Below are positions 1 to 7,213 of a stretch of 16,598 nt of DNA, piece by piece; position 1 is the first letter of the stretch; each line of letters starts with the position of its first letter. The stretch comes from Candidatus Omnitrophota bacterium. Its GTDB lineage: Bacteria; Omnitrophota; Gorgyraeia; JABMRN01; RBG-13-46-9. Under the pieces are notes generated by a model, which saw only the letters and a program-made list of their open reading frames with translations, had not been told where the DNA came from and did no database searches. A program made the position numbers and the translations under genes. The DNA lies in the NCBI GenBank assembly GCA_013203315.1, contig JABMQJ010000028.1, positions 1-16,598 of the forward strand. Direction: 5' to 3'.

Positions 1-470
1 CAGGCCCAAGGCCCATAACCCCTGGCATAGGCGAGGGAGGAAGACATCCGATAACCCCTGGCATAGGCGAGGGAGGAAGGCATCCGAGACCAAAGCCAAG
101 GCCAATAGACCCGGTAGTCTTAAAATACGCCCCAGGTCCAATACCGAAGCCGATAGATCCACCAATGGTACTGAAATACGCCCCAGGCCCAATACCGAAG
201 CCGATAAAACCACCGATTGCCCTGAAATACGCCCCAGGCCCAATACCGGGGAACACGGTAAGCGTTACAATGAAAGTGACAAAAACCAATGACGAAACCG
301 TGAATAAGCTTGTACTGCGGAAAATAGCAGAATTACGAAACAAAATACGCGAAGCCTTTAACGGACCAACGGAAAAAATGGGAAGAAACATAAATGTATC
401 AGTGAGTAAAGGCCCGGAATTAAAAAAAGTAACGTTAATGGTAGGCGAAGACATTAGCAATCCCAAGTAA
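1..470 (+). CDS. Proline-rich tandem-repeat protein, 5'-truncated at the window edge; C-terminal ~75 aa resemble a TonB/TolA-type ββαβ domain. The ORF-track start at 165 is an internal Met.
   Basis: The frame of the tracked ORF 165..470 is open with no stop from nt 3 to 470. Translation reads GPRPITPGIGEGGRHPITPGIGEGGRHPRPKPRPIDPVVLKYAPGPIPKPIDPPMVLKYAPGPIPKPIKPPIALKYAPGPIPGNTVSVTMKV... Repeat periods are 36 and 51 nt, both multiples of 3. Differences between copies are mostly synonymous (tta/ctg Leu, ggt/ggc, cca/ccg, aga/agg). The ATG at 165 corresponds to ATT (Ile) in the next repeat copy. The tail GNTVSVTMKVTKTNDETVNKLVL-RKIAELRNKIREAF-GRNINVSVSKG has β-β-α-β topology like TonB_C, preceded by a PIPKPIKPP rigid linker. 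The TonB call is by eye only. Confidence 0.55.
   Translation, partial: GPRPITPGIGEGGRHPITPGIGEGGRHPRPKPRPIDPVVLKYAPGPIPKPIDPPMVLKYAPGPIPKPIKPPIALKYAPGPIPGNTVSVTMKVTKTNDETVNKLVLRKIAELRNKIREAFNGPTEKMGRNINVSVSKGPELKKVTLMVGEDISNPK
15..86 (+). repeat. Two perfect-phase 36-nt tandem coding repeats (12 aa, ITPGIGEGGRHP) differing by one synonymous a/g
   Basis: ataacccctggcataggcgagggaggaag[a/g]catccg at 15-50 and 51-86. Confidence 0.8.
120..254 (+). repeat. About 2.7 copies of a 51-nt tandem coding repeat (17 aa, [V/A]LKYAPGPIPKPI[D/K]PP[M/I])
   Basis: Units at 120-170, 171-221 and 222-~254; motif aaatacgccccagg[t/c]ccaataccgaagccgata. Confidence 0.8.
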
Positions 471-493
471 AAAAGGGATAAATAACGTAATTA

Positions 494-533
494 AAGGGTA
501 TCTTCTTCAAATAAGGAGATACCCTTTTCTTTT
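494..533 (+). terminator. Rho-independent terminator after the Pro-rich protein gene
   Basis: aagggtatct(tctt)/(aagg)agataccctt stem of 10-14 bp with G·U, loop caaat, then ttttctttt. Confidence 0.8.
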
Positions 534-538
534 AATCT

Positions 539-567
539 TTGCCTATTTTAAATAAATAATGTATACT
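539..567 (+). promoter_or_regulatory. Sigma70-like promoter for the rSAM operon
   Basis: -35 TTGCCT (539-544), 17-nt spacer, -10 TATACT (562-567); GGAGG RBS at 585-589 lies 7 nt before ATG 597. Confidence 0.55.
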
Positions 568-596
568 TAACTCAAAGCATAAATGGAGGAACTAAA

Positions 597-1730
597 ATGG
601 ATCCAAGAGAAGCGGAAAGAAGAAAATGGGTGAAAACATTAAAACCAGAAACCATAGTGTGGGAAATAACCTTAGCCTGCAATATGAAATGTATACATTG
701 CGGTTCAAGCGCAGGCCCTTTAAGAAAACGGCCGGATGAATTAAGCACGAAAGAAGCTATAGGCCTTATCAGACAATTAAAAGAAATAGGAACCGAAAGA
801 ATTGTCCTGTCAGGAGGAGAACCTTTCTTAAGAAAAGATTGGGAAGTTTTGGCGAAGGAAGTAGCCGCGTTAGATATGATACCGTCTTTTATTAGTAATG
901 GTTTTTTGTTAGATGAAAAAAAAGCAGAAAAAATAAAGGCTTTGAACAGACCGGATGCCCATGTGGGCGTGAGCGTTGACGGAGACGAGAAAACCCACGA
1001 TTATATAAGACAGACCAAAGGCTCTTTTAAAAAAGCGACCAGCGCACTCGAAATACTGAAAGAGAAGGGAATCTTTGCTTCAGCCATAACGCAGGTGAAT
1101 ATGCTTAATTTCAAGTTATTGCCGAAGATAAGAGACCATGTATTTAAACGTGGAATTTATGTTTGGCAGATTCAGTTGGCAACGCCATGGGGAAGGTTAG
1201 CCAAAAATCCCAAACTTCTCTTGACACCAAAGAATTACCTAAAATTAGTAAAATTTATAGCAGAACAACGGAAAATATTCGGAGAGAAAATTGTAGGCGC
1301 TGACGACATCGGATACTATACAGAATTAGAACAACAAATAAGGCCTCAGAAAGAATGGGGCGGATGTCACGCCGGGTTAAGGGCGCTTGGCTTAACAAGC
1401 AATGGTAATGTAACCGGCTGTCTGTCGCTGCAGGAACCGCAGTTTATCGAAGGCAATATCCGCAAGCGAAAATTAAAAGATATCTGGTATGACCCTAACC
1501 TTTTCTCCTATAATAGAAATTTTAAAGAGGAATGCATGGAAGGATTTTGCAAGGAGTGCCCCTACCGGCTGAAATGCCGCGGCGGATGCAAGAATACGGC
1601 ATATGCATTTACGGGTTCTCTCTATAATAATTGTTACTGCGTTTTTAGAGTCATGCGCGGCAAAAAAGCACCGTCGATGAAAAAGATGCTGGGGAATAGA
1701 ACGACCGGTGCCGGACAGTATCACCCATAG
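597..1730 (+). CDS. Radical SAM / SPASM-domain enzyme, anSME/QhpD-like architecture with no N-terminal RRE
   Basis: CNMKCIHC (CxxxCxxC, Cys28/32/35, nt 678-701). GGEPFL glycine-rich SAM motif. C-terminal Cys cluster WGGC...TGC...EEC-x4-C-x2-C-x5-C-x3-C...NNCYC, consistent with SPASM two-auxiliary-cluster domains. The CxxxCxxC lies only 28 aa from the N-terminus, so there is no room for an RRE. Confidence 0.85.
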   Translation: MDPREAERRKWVKTLKPETIVWEITLACNMKCIHCGSSAGPLRKRPDELSTKEAIGLIRQLKEIGTERIVLSGGEPFLRKDWEVLAKEVAALDMIPSFISNGFLLDEKKAEKIKALNRPDAHVGVSVDGDEKTHDYIRQTKGSFKKATSALEILKEKGIFASAITQVNMLNFKLLPKIRDHVFKRGIYVWQIQLATPWGRLAKNPKLLLTPKNYLKLVKFIAEQRKIFGEKIVGADDIGYYTELEQQIRPQKEWGGCHAGLRALGLTSNGNVTGCLSLQEPQFIEGNIRKRKLKDIWYDPNLFSYNRNFKEECMEGFCKECPYRLKCRGGCKNTAYAFTGSLYNNCYCVFRVMRGKKAPSMKKMLGNRTTGAGQYHP

Positions 1731-1739
1731 GAGGTAATA

Positions 1740-2693
1740 ATGGGGAAAATTACCATAGGCATTGTCGGCGCGGAAAATGAAGCGCACTCTGCCCATATGA
1801 AAAACATCCTTCAGGAAAAAGGAATAGATACACTAATTATCGATACACTCAAGTATCCCGAAAGCGTAACATTAAGCATTACAGACAATGATGTAATATA
1901 CAACGGAAAGTCCCTACGCAATATAAATGTCTTTTATATCAGGTCCCTATTCTATAGTTTACCGCCTTATGACCTGGAACAGAGGAGGCGTGAGACAGAG
2001 GTTGACCTTGACAATTGGTATGTAGAATATATGGCAGAAAGGGAAAGGCAGTCCCATCTTACCTCGTGGTTATGGATTGAGGCCGGAAAAGGAAAGCATA
2101 TCATAAACCCTGTCGATTCTTTCGATACCCATTATCTTAAGCCCTATCAAATATATCTGCTGAGAAAAAATGGTATTCCGATACCAAAAACGTTAGTAAC
2201 TAATGACGAAGAAAAACTAATAGAATTTGTAAAAAAAACAAAAAGATTAATATATAAACCGGTAGCAGGGGGTGCGAAATGTAAAGAGTTATTTAAAAAG
2301 GACCTAACCAGAGAAAGATTGGAGCGACTTCGAAACTCACCTGTTTTGTTTCAAGAGCTGATAGAGGGGGATAATATAAGAGTATATGTTATAAACAATA
2401 AAATAGTATCAAGCAATGTGATTAAATCGGATGCTTTGGATTATAGGGGATCAGAGAAAGAGATATTTCCAATTTCTTTACCCGATAAAGTAAAAAAGAG
2501 GTGTATTAAAGCGGTAAAGATATGTAAAATGAAATACAGCGGTATAGATTTGAGAAGAAAATCTTCAGGCGAGTACGTATTTTTAGAATGCAATCCATCC
2601 CCGATGTTTTTGGGGATGGTTGAGGCGGCAGGCGACCCGATAGACGAATATTTTGCCGATTACCTTATTAAATTAGCGAAAAGCAGGATATGA
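1740..2693 (+). CDS. ATP-grasp ligase, RimK / glutathione-synthetase-like
   Basis: Strong RBS taggaggtaataATG. Motifs IYKPVAGGAKCKEL, LFQELIEGDNIRVYVI, GIDLRRKSSGEYVFLECNPSPMF are typical of the RimK-like ATP-grasp fold. Starts 9 nt after the rSAM stop. Confidence 0.8.
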   Translation: MGKITIGIVGAENEAHSAHMKNILQEKGIDTLIIDTLKYPESVTLSITDNDVIYNGKSLRNINVFYIRSLFYSLPPYDLEQRRRETEVDLDNWYVEYMAERERQSHLTSWLWIEAGKGKHIINPVDSFDTHYLKPYQIYLLRKNGIPIPKTLVTNDEEKLIEFVKKTKRLIYKPVAGGAKCKELFKKDLTRERLERLRNSPVLFQELIEGDNIRVYVINNKIVSSNVIKSDALDYRGSEKEIFPISLPDKVKKRCIKAVKICKMKYSGIDLRRKSSGEYVFLECNPSPMFLGMVEAAGDPIDEYFADYLIKLAKSRI

Positions 2694-3649
2694 GTAACGC
2701 GGAATGCCAGGATTTTGCAGATAGGAAATTCCACAATATCTTCCATTTCGAATACGGCCTTCTGGACGATAGCACTTTCTGGATATCACCCGGCAATAAC
2801 ACCCTCTTGAGAATTGATAAATTCACATTGAATATATTACTGGATTTGAACACTGGAAAATCTATGTGCGAGGCGGCAAAAAAATATAATGTAGAGTTAA
2901 AAGAAGTAACGGATATTTATAATAGACTTGAGCAAAACGGATTTGTAGTAGCAGCAAACTTCGGAAAAATAAAACGTTCAAACCCAAAAGAAGACATAGA
3001 TATCGCCCCGTATATTTTGATTTTTTTAGCATTGATAATCGGACAACTTTTTTACTTCACTCATATGGCAAAGACAGTCCTGATGAATAAAACAATCGAA
3101 GGCATAGTAGTCGGCGCTATTGCCATAGCAGCTATTTTTTTTCACGAACTCGGCCATTATTTAGTCTCTTGGAAATATACAAAAGTAAAACCTAAAATGA
3201 AATTCGCTATTTTAAAAATATTTCCGGTAATCTATGTCGACACAAACCTCGCGTGGCGGCTTCCGAAGAACGAAAGGCTTCTTGTAAGTTTAAGCGGTGT
3301 GTTTTTTGATTTGATTATAAATACGATTGTGGTAATATTAGTATTGGGAAAAGGCTCTTTGGAATATTTCGTTACGCCATTTTTGTTGACCCAGTATATA
3401 AGGATTTCTATTTTAATTAACCCTGTTTTTAAGGGCGACGGATATTGGATATTGTCAGACCTGCTGGGTGCCGTAAATATGGAAAGGAAAGGTATTGAAG
3501 AATTAAAAAGGGGTAAAATAAACTTCTTTTCCCTGTACGGAGTTATATCTTTAATCTTTTCTATATTAGCTGCATTCGGCTTGATATGGTTTATATATAA
3601 TTTGGCAAGACCGTTTATCGTAAATTTTGTGTTACCGTTTTTTAGATAA
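2690..3649 (+). CDS. Polytopic membrane HExxH metalloprotease (S2P/M50-like) with an N-terminal cytoplasmic PqqD-like RRE domain
   Basis: Overlaps the ATP-grasp stop by ATGA. Residues ~27-88, FWISPGNNTLLRIDKFTLNILLDLNTGKSMCEAAKKYNVELKEVTDIYNRLEQNGFVV, match the PqqD/RRE pattern (LN..g..iw.ll.g..t..ei...l...y.v....v..D....l..L...g.v). HELGH sits in a TM helix (aa 152-156, nt 3143-3157). A second motif INPVFKGDG (aa 243-251) resembles the S2P NxxPxxxLDG zinc-ligand motif. At least 6 hydrophobic TM segments. Confidence 0.65.
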   Translation: MSNAECQDFADRKFHNIFHFEYGLLDDSTFWISPGNNTLLRIDKFTLNILLDLNTGKSMCEAAKKYNVELKEVTDIYNRLEQNGFVVAANFGKIKRSNPKEDIDIAPYILIFLALIIGQLFYFTHMAKTVLMNKTIEGIVVGAIAIAAIFFHELGHYLVSWKYTKVKPKMKFAILKIFPVIYVDTNLAWRLPKNERLLVSLSGVFFDLIINTIVVILVLGKGSLEYFVTPFLLTQYIRISILINPVFKGDGYWILSDLLGAVNMERKGIEELKRGKINFFSLYGVISLIFSILAAFGLIWFIYNLARPFIVNFVLPFFR

Positions 3650-3663
3650 AGAGGGAGGGTATT

Positions 3664-4437
3664 ATGGAGTTCATGAAATCATTAAATTTCTTGGGATTCG
3701 GCATTTTAATATTTATTGTATTTATTATCGCAGCCGCCATAAGGATAGTAAAGCAGTATGAAAGAGCAATTGTTTTTAGGCTCGGAAAGTTTATCTGTAC
3801 AAAAGGTCCGGGTTTAATCTTTATAATACCTATCATAGATAGGGCCCTAAAAGTAGACATACGAGTAAATTCTATAGACGTGCCAAGACAGGAAACTATA
3901 ACAAAAGATAATGTGTCGGTTATTGTCGATGCCGTAGTATACTACAAAGTAGAGAATCCGGAAAAGGCCATAATAGAAGTCAAGAATTCCATCGAGGCCA
4001 CATTTCTTATAGCACAGACGACCTTGAGAAGCGTAATAGGTCAGACAGAGCTCGATGGGCTTCTATCGCAAAGAGACGAAATCAATAAAAATTTGAGAGA
4101 AATTATCGACAAACATACCACTCCCTGGGGGATAAAGGTAATTACGGTGGAGATAAAAGAATTAGCTTTACCGGAAGAGATGAAGCGTGCCATGGCAAGG
4201 CAGGCAGAGTCTGAGAGAGAAAGAAGAGCAAAGATTATAAACGCCGAAGGCGAATACCAGGCCGCGGAAAAATTACGCCAGGCAGCAGAAATAATGAGCA
4301 AAGAGCCGATCACGGTGCAATTACGTTATCTTCAAACGCTTTCGGAGATTTCTGTCGACAAGAGCTCAACCATAATTTTTCCGGTCCCTATTGATTTAAT
4401 ATCTAATATTTTGAAAAAAGCGGACGAAAAAAAGTAG
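3664..4437 (+). CDS. SPFH / band-7 (stomatin/prohibitin-like) membrane scaffold protein
   Basis: Strong RBS agagggaggg. N-terminal TM helix FLGFGILIFIVFIIAAAI. Core SPFH signature RLGKF...GPGL.FIIP..D....VDIR....DVP.Q...TKDNV.V.VDAVVYYKV, coiled-coil Ala/Glu/Arg-rich C-terminus. Confidence 0.85.
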   Translation: MEFMKSLNFLGFGILIFIVFIIAAAIRIVKQYERAIVFRLGKFICTKGPGLIFIIPIIDRALKVDIRVNSIDVPRQETITKDNVSVIVDAVVYYKVENPEKAIIEVKNSIEATFLIAQTTLRSVIGQTELDGLLSQRDEINKNLREIIDKHTTPWGIKVITVEIKELALPEEMKRAMARQAESERERRAKIINAEGEYQAAEKLRQAAEIMSKEPITVQLRYLQTLSEISVDKSSTIIFPVPIDLISNILKKADEKK

Positions 4438-4466
4438 ACTAATACACGGCCAAATAATCTTCACCC

Positions 4467-4497
4467 AAAATGTCTACCCTTAAATGGTGGACATTTT
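4467..4497 (+). terminator. Hairpin, probably bidirectional terminator after the SPFH gene
   Basis: aaaatgtctacc / ggtggacatttt 12-bp stem with one G·U, 7-nt loop; the A-tract and U-tract form the stem base. Confidence 0.5.
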
Positions 4498-4596
4498 GCA
4501 ACTATCCATATCTGAGAGAGTTACAAAAGTAGTGGACAAAATGGACACTTCTTCGCCAAATACTTACGCGTTTGGCTTCGAAGTGCAGGCAAAATA

Positions 4597-4797
4597 TCAG
4601 TACTCTTGTTCGAATTTGTCCATTCCGTATTTGCAAGCCTTTTTGGCCGTTTTTGTGTTTATGTTCAAGCTTTTGGCTATCTTTTCATAGCGCATTCCAA
4701 GTAGTCGCAATTCTGTTGCTTTTTGGGCTAATCTTTGATATAAATGTATATATTGAACAAGTAATATCTTAATATGTGTGGTAATTTCGGCTAATGT
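4597..4797 (-). other. Open minus-strand frame encoding an HTH-like peptide, with no canonical start apart from an internal ATG (4695) or TTG (4710)
   Basis: Reverse-strand translation ...ILLVQYIHLYQRLAQKATELRLLGMRYEKIAKSLNINTKTAKKACKYGMDKFEQEY* has a helix-turn-helix pattern reminiscent of sigma70 region 4 / small transposase HTHs. No convincing RBS. Confidence 0.2.
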
Positions 4798-4836
4798 TCA
4801 AATTGGTTGCAGCCGAATCCGCCAACGTAAACAAAT

Positions 4837-6541
4837 TATGTCATACCTATCACTAGCCAGAAAATACAGACCCCAGAAGTTTGATGAAATCGTAGGCCAG
4901 GACCACATCGCCACCACGCTTAAAAACGCCGTTACCCTGGAAAGGGTTGCGCACGCCTATCTCTTTGCTGGGCCAAGAGGAGTCGGCAAGACCTCAACGG
5001 CGCGAATCTTGGCAAAAAGCTTAAACTGCGAAAAAGGCCCGACCCCGGCGCCCTGCGGCAAGTGCACATCATGCACTGAGATCGCCAAAAGCATAAGCAT
5101 GGACGTTATAGAAATAGACGGCGCCTCGAACAGGGGAATCGATGAAATAAGAAACTTAAAAGAAAACATAAAATTCGCCTCCATCCACGGAAAATTCAGG
5201 ATATATATTATCGACGAAGTTCACATGCTGACGCAGGAGGCGTTTAACGCGCTTTTAAAAACCTTAGAAGAGCCCCCGCCTCACGTAAAGTTTATTTTCG
5301 CGACAACACAGCCCCACAAGGTATTGCCTACGATCATTTCCAGGTGCCAGCGTTTCGACTTCAGGAAAATTTCAGCAGAAGACATTACAAAAAAAATAAA
5401 AGAGATCAGAAAAAAAGAAGATTTAAAATTAAACGATGACGCGACATTCCTGATTACAAAGGCAGCCGACGGAAGCATGCGTGACGCAGAAGTAATTCTC
5501 GACCAGCTTCTTTCGTTTACAAAAGGAAAAATTGAAGCAAACGACGTCACAAATGCCCTGGGTTTATTAGAAGGAGAGATACTCCTTGACATAGCAGAAG
5601 CTATTTTAAAAAACGAAAAAGAAAAGATTTTAAATCTTCTAAACGAACTCATAAACAGCGGAAAAGATCCTGTTTTCATAGCCTCAAGCATCATAGAGCA
5701 TTTCAGGAATCTTTTGGTGGCAAACGTAGCAAAGGATGATACAAAAGCCTACATGACGCTTTCCGAAGAGGATAATAACAAGCTAAAAACGCAAGGTAAG
5801 AAGTTTTCACTCGACGAGATTTTATACATTACGTACACGTTATCCGCCACGATAGAATTCATAAAGAAAACAAGCCTGGGGCGCATACCGCTTGAGATTT
5901 CGCTCATAAAATTAACCGAAAGAAAAAAACTTACCTCGATAAAAGAAATTTTAGAAAGGCTCTCGTCCTTCGAAAAAAAGATAGGAAGCGGCGAAGAAAT
6001 TCCGCAAGGGATAAGAGTTCAAGCTGCGTCACCTGAGATGATAATAGAAAAAGAAACTCCTCCCGTAGTGTCAAAAGCAGTGCCGGAGCCCGAACTTGCC
6101 GCGGAAAAAGATATACTACTTTTGCAGAAAATAAAAACCTCCTGGATTAATATTATTAATTTCATAAAACAAAAGAAAATGTCCGTAGCGACTTTTCTTT
6201 CCGACGGGAGGCTGCTTAACGTAAAAGACAGGACCCTCGCGATAGGCTTCGGAAAAAATAGCTCACTCCACAAAGAACAGATCGAGGCAAACACAAATAA
6301 AAAGTTTGTAGAAGAGGCTATCCGTAGCGTTGTGGGCGAGGACGTATCTTTAAGCGTTGAAAGCGTGGAAGACGAACCCGGGCAGGGAAATGAAATACCG
6401 GGTAACGAAAAAAACGCTTCGCAGGAAGAGGCTACAAGCGGCCGGACAAATAAAATAGATCCGATAGTAGAATCAGCCATCGGCATATTTGACGGAAGAA
6501 TCATAGATATAAGAAGAGCCAAAAAAGAGGGTACAGGATGA
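4837..6541 (+). CDS. dnaX: DNA polymerase III subunit gamma/tau
   Basis: MSYLSLARKYRPQKFDEIVGQ N-terminus. Walker A GPRGVGKTS. Zn module C-x8-CGKCTSC. DEVHML. SRCQRFDF sensor. I prefer the ATG at 4837 over the track's GTG at 4778 because the N-terminus aligns with canonical DnaX. Confidence 0.9.
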
Positions 6542-7137
6542 AGGGTTTGCCGGATTCAATGAAGGCAGTGATAGGCGAATTTAGTAAGATGCCGGGAATC
6601 GGCCCCAAATCAGCCCAGCGGCTTGCTTTTTCTATCCTGACACGGCCGGCCGAAGATGCCAAAAAGCTTTCAGAGGCGATAATAAAGCTTAAAGAAAGCG
6701 TAAAGTTTTGCAAAATTTGCAACAACCTAAGTGATGCGGAAATTTGCAGTATATGCGGCAATGAAGCAAGGGATAAAACGCTACTTTGCGTAGTAGAGAA
6801 GCCGAGCGACGTGATTTCCATAGAGAGAATGGGGGAATTTAACGGTTTGTACCACGTGTTATTGGGCTCACTTTCTCCGTTAGACGGAGTTGGGCCCGGG
6901 GATTTAAAAATAGACGAATTATTAAAGAGGGTTAGAAGAGAAAAAATCGAGGAAATCATAATCGCAACTGCCTCCAATACGGAAGGCGAGGCAACGGCCC
7001 TCTATCTTATAAAAGTATTAAAATCCCAGGGGGCCAAACTATACAGGATTGCCTACGGGGTACCTATGGGCGCTAATCTTGAATATACCGATCAAGCGAC
7101 TTTATATAAGGCATTCGAAGGAAAAAAGGAAGTTTGA
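6538..7137 (+). CDS. recR: Recombination protein RecR
   Basis: MPGIGPKSAQRLAF HhH motif. C4 zinc finger CKIC...CSIC. Toprim LCVVEKPSDV. Overlaps the dnaX stop by ATGA. Confidence 0.9.
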   Translation: MKGLPDSMKAVIGEFSKMPGIGPKSAQRLAFSILTRPAEDAKKLSEAIIKLKESVKFCKICNNLSDAEICSICGNEARDKTLLCVVEKPSDVISIERMGEFNGLYHVLLGSLSPLDGVGPGDLKIDELLKRVRREKIEEIIIATASNTEGEATALYLIKVLKSQGAKLYRIAYGVPMGANLEYTDQATLYKAFEGKKEV

Positions 7138-7138
7138 C

Positions 7139-7167
7139 TTGACACTGGGTCGAATATAGTGTAAATT
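7139..7167 (+). promoter_or_regulatory. Sigma70-like promoter
   Basis: Perfect TTGACA (7139-7144), 17-nt spacer, TAAATT (7162-7167); AT-rich tatataat follows; RBS aaggagg at 7200-7206. Confidence 0.5.
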
Positions 7168-7213
7168 TATATAATAGTTTAATATATATCAAGTAACATT
7201 AAGGAGGATGATA

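Noticed and set aside
1-260. Tandem DNA repeats that could be read as a CRISPR-like or satellite array
   Set aside because: The units are directly adjacent with no spacers. Periods of 36 and 51 nt are multiples of 3. One frame is stop-free through all copies, and inter-copy differences are largely synonymous. So these are coding repeats.
165-470. ORF-track start (ATG at 165) for the first protein
   Set aside because: The frame is open back to nt 3. That Met lies inside a repeat unit and is Ile in the next copy. The true start is upstream of the window.
1473-1796. Minus-strand ORFs overlapping confident plus-strand genes (1473..1796, 2668..2853, 3642..3860, 4041..4313, 4957..5184, 5281..5694, 6019..6522, 6501..6977, 7189..7470, 7979..8521, 8481..8907, 10060..10429, 10633..10833, 11196..11606, 12122..12567, 14259..14750, 15059..15569) and plus-strand 15822..16268
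   Set aside because: Each lies antisense to, or out of frame within, a gene with strong family-level motifs. Their products are low-complexity Ser/Leu/Pro-rich with no RBS. They are typical shadow ORFs.
4560-4640. SRP RNA (ffs), expected upstream of dnaX by synteny
   Set aside because: I could not find the conserved domain-IV signature (…CAGG…GGAA tetraloop…AGCAGCC…) on either strand.
4484-4772. Plus-strand ORFs 4484..4690 and 4572..4772
   Set aside because: No SD sequences. The first ATG sits inside the terminator hairpin stem-loop. The two overlap each other in different frames. The products are low-complexity and hydrophobic. They are likely noncoding.
4778-4836. GTG start for dnaX from the ORF track
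   Set aside because: The canonical DnaX N-terminus MSYxxLARKYRPQxF begins at the ATG at 4837. The upstream extension has no homology logic.
5385-5400. A8 run (acaaaaaaaataaaag) in dnaX as a programmed frameshift or transcriptional slippage site for a gamma subunit
   Set aside because: It lies only ~185 codons into DnaX, inside the AAA+ core. A shifted product would lack domains II-III and would be non-functional. It is probably just Lys-rich coding sequence.
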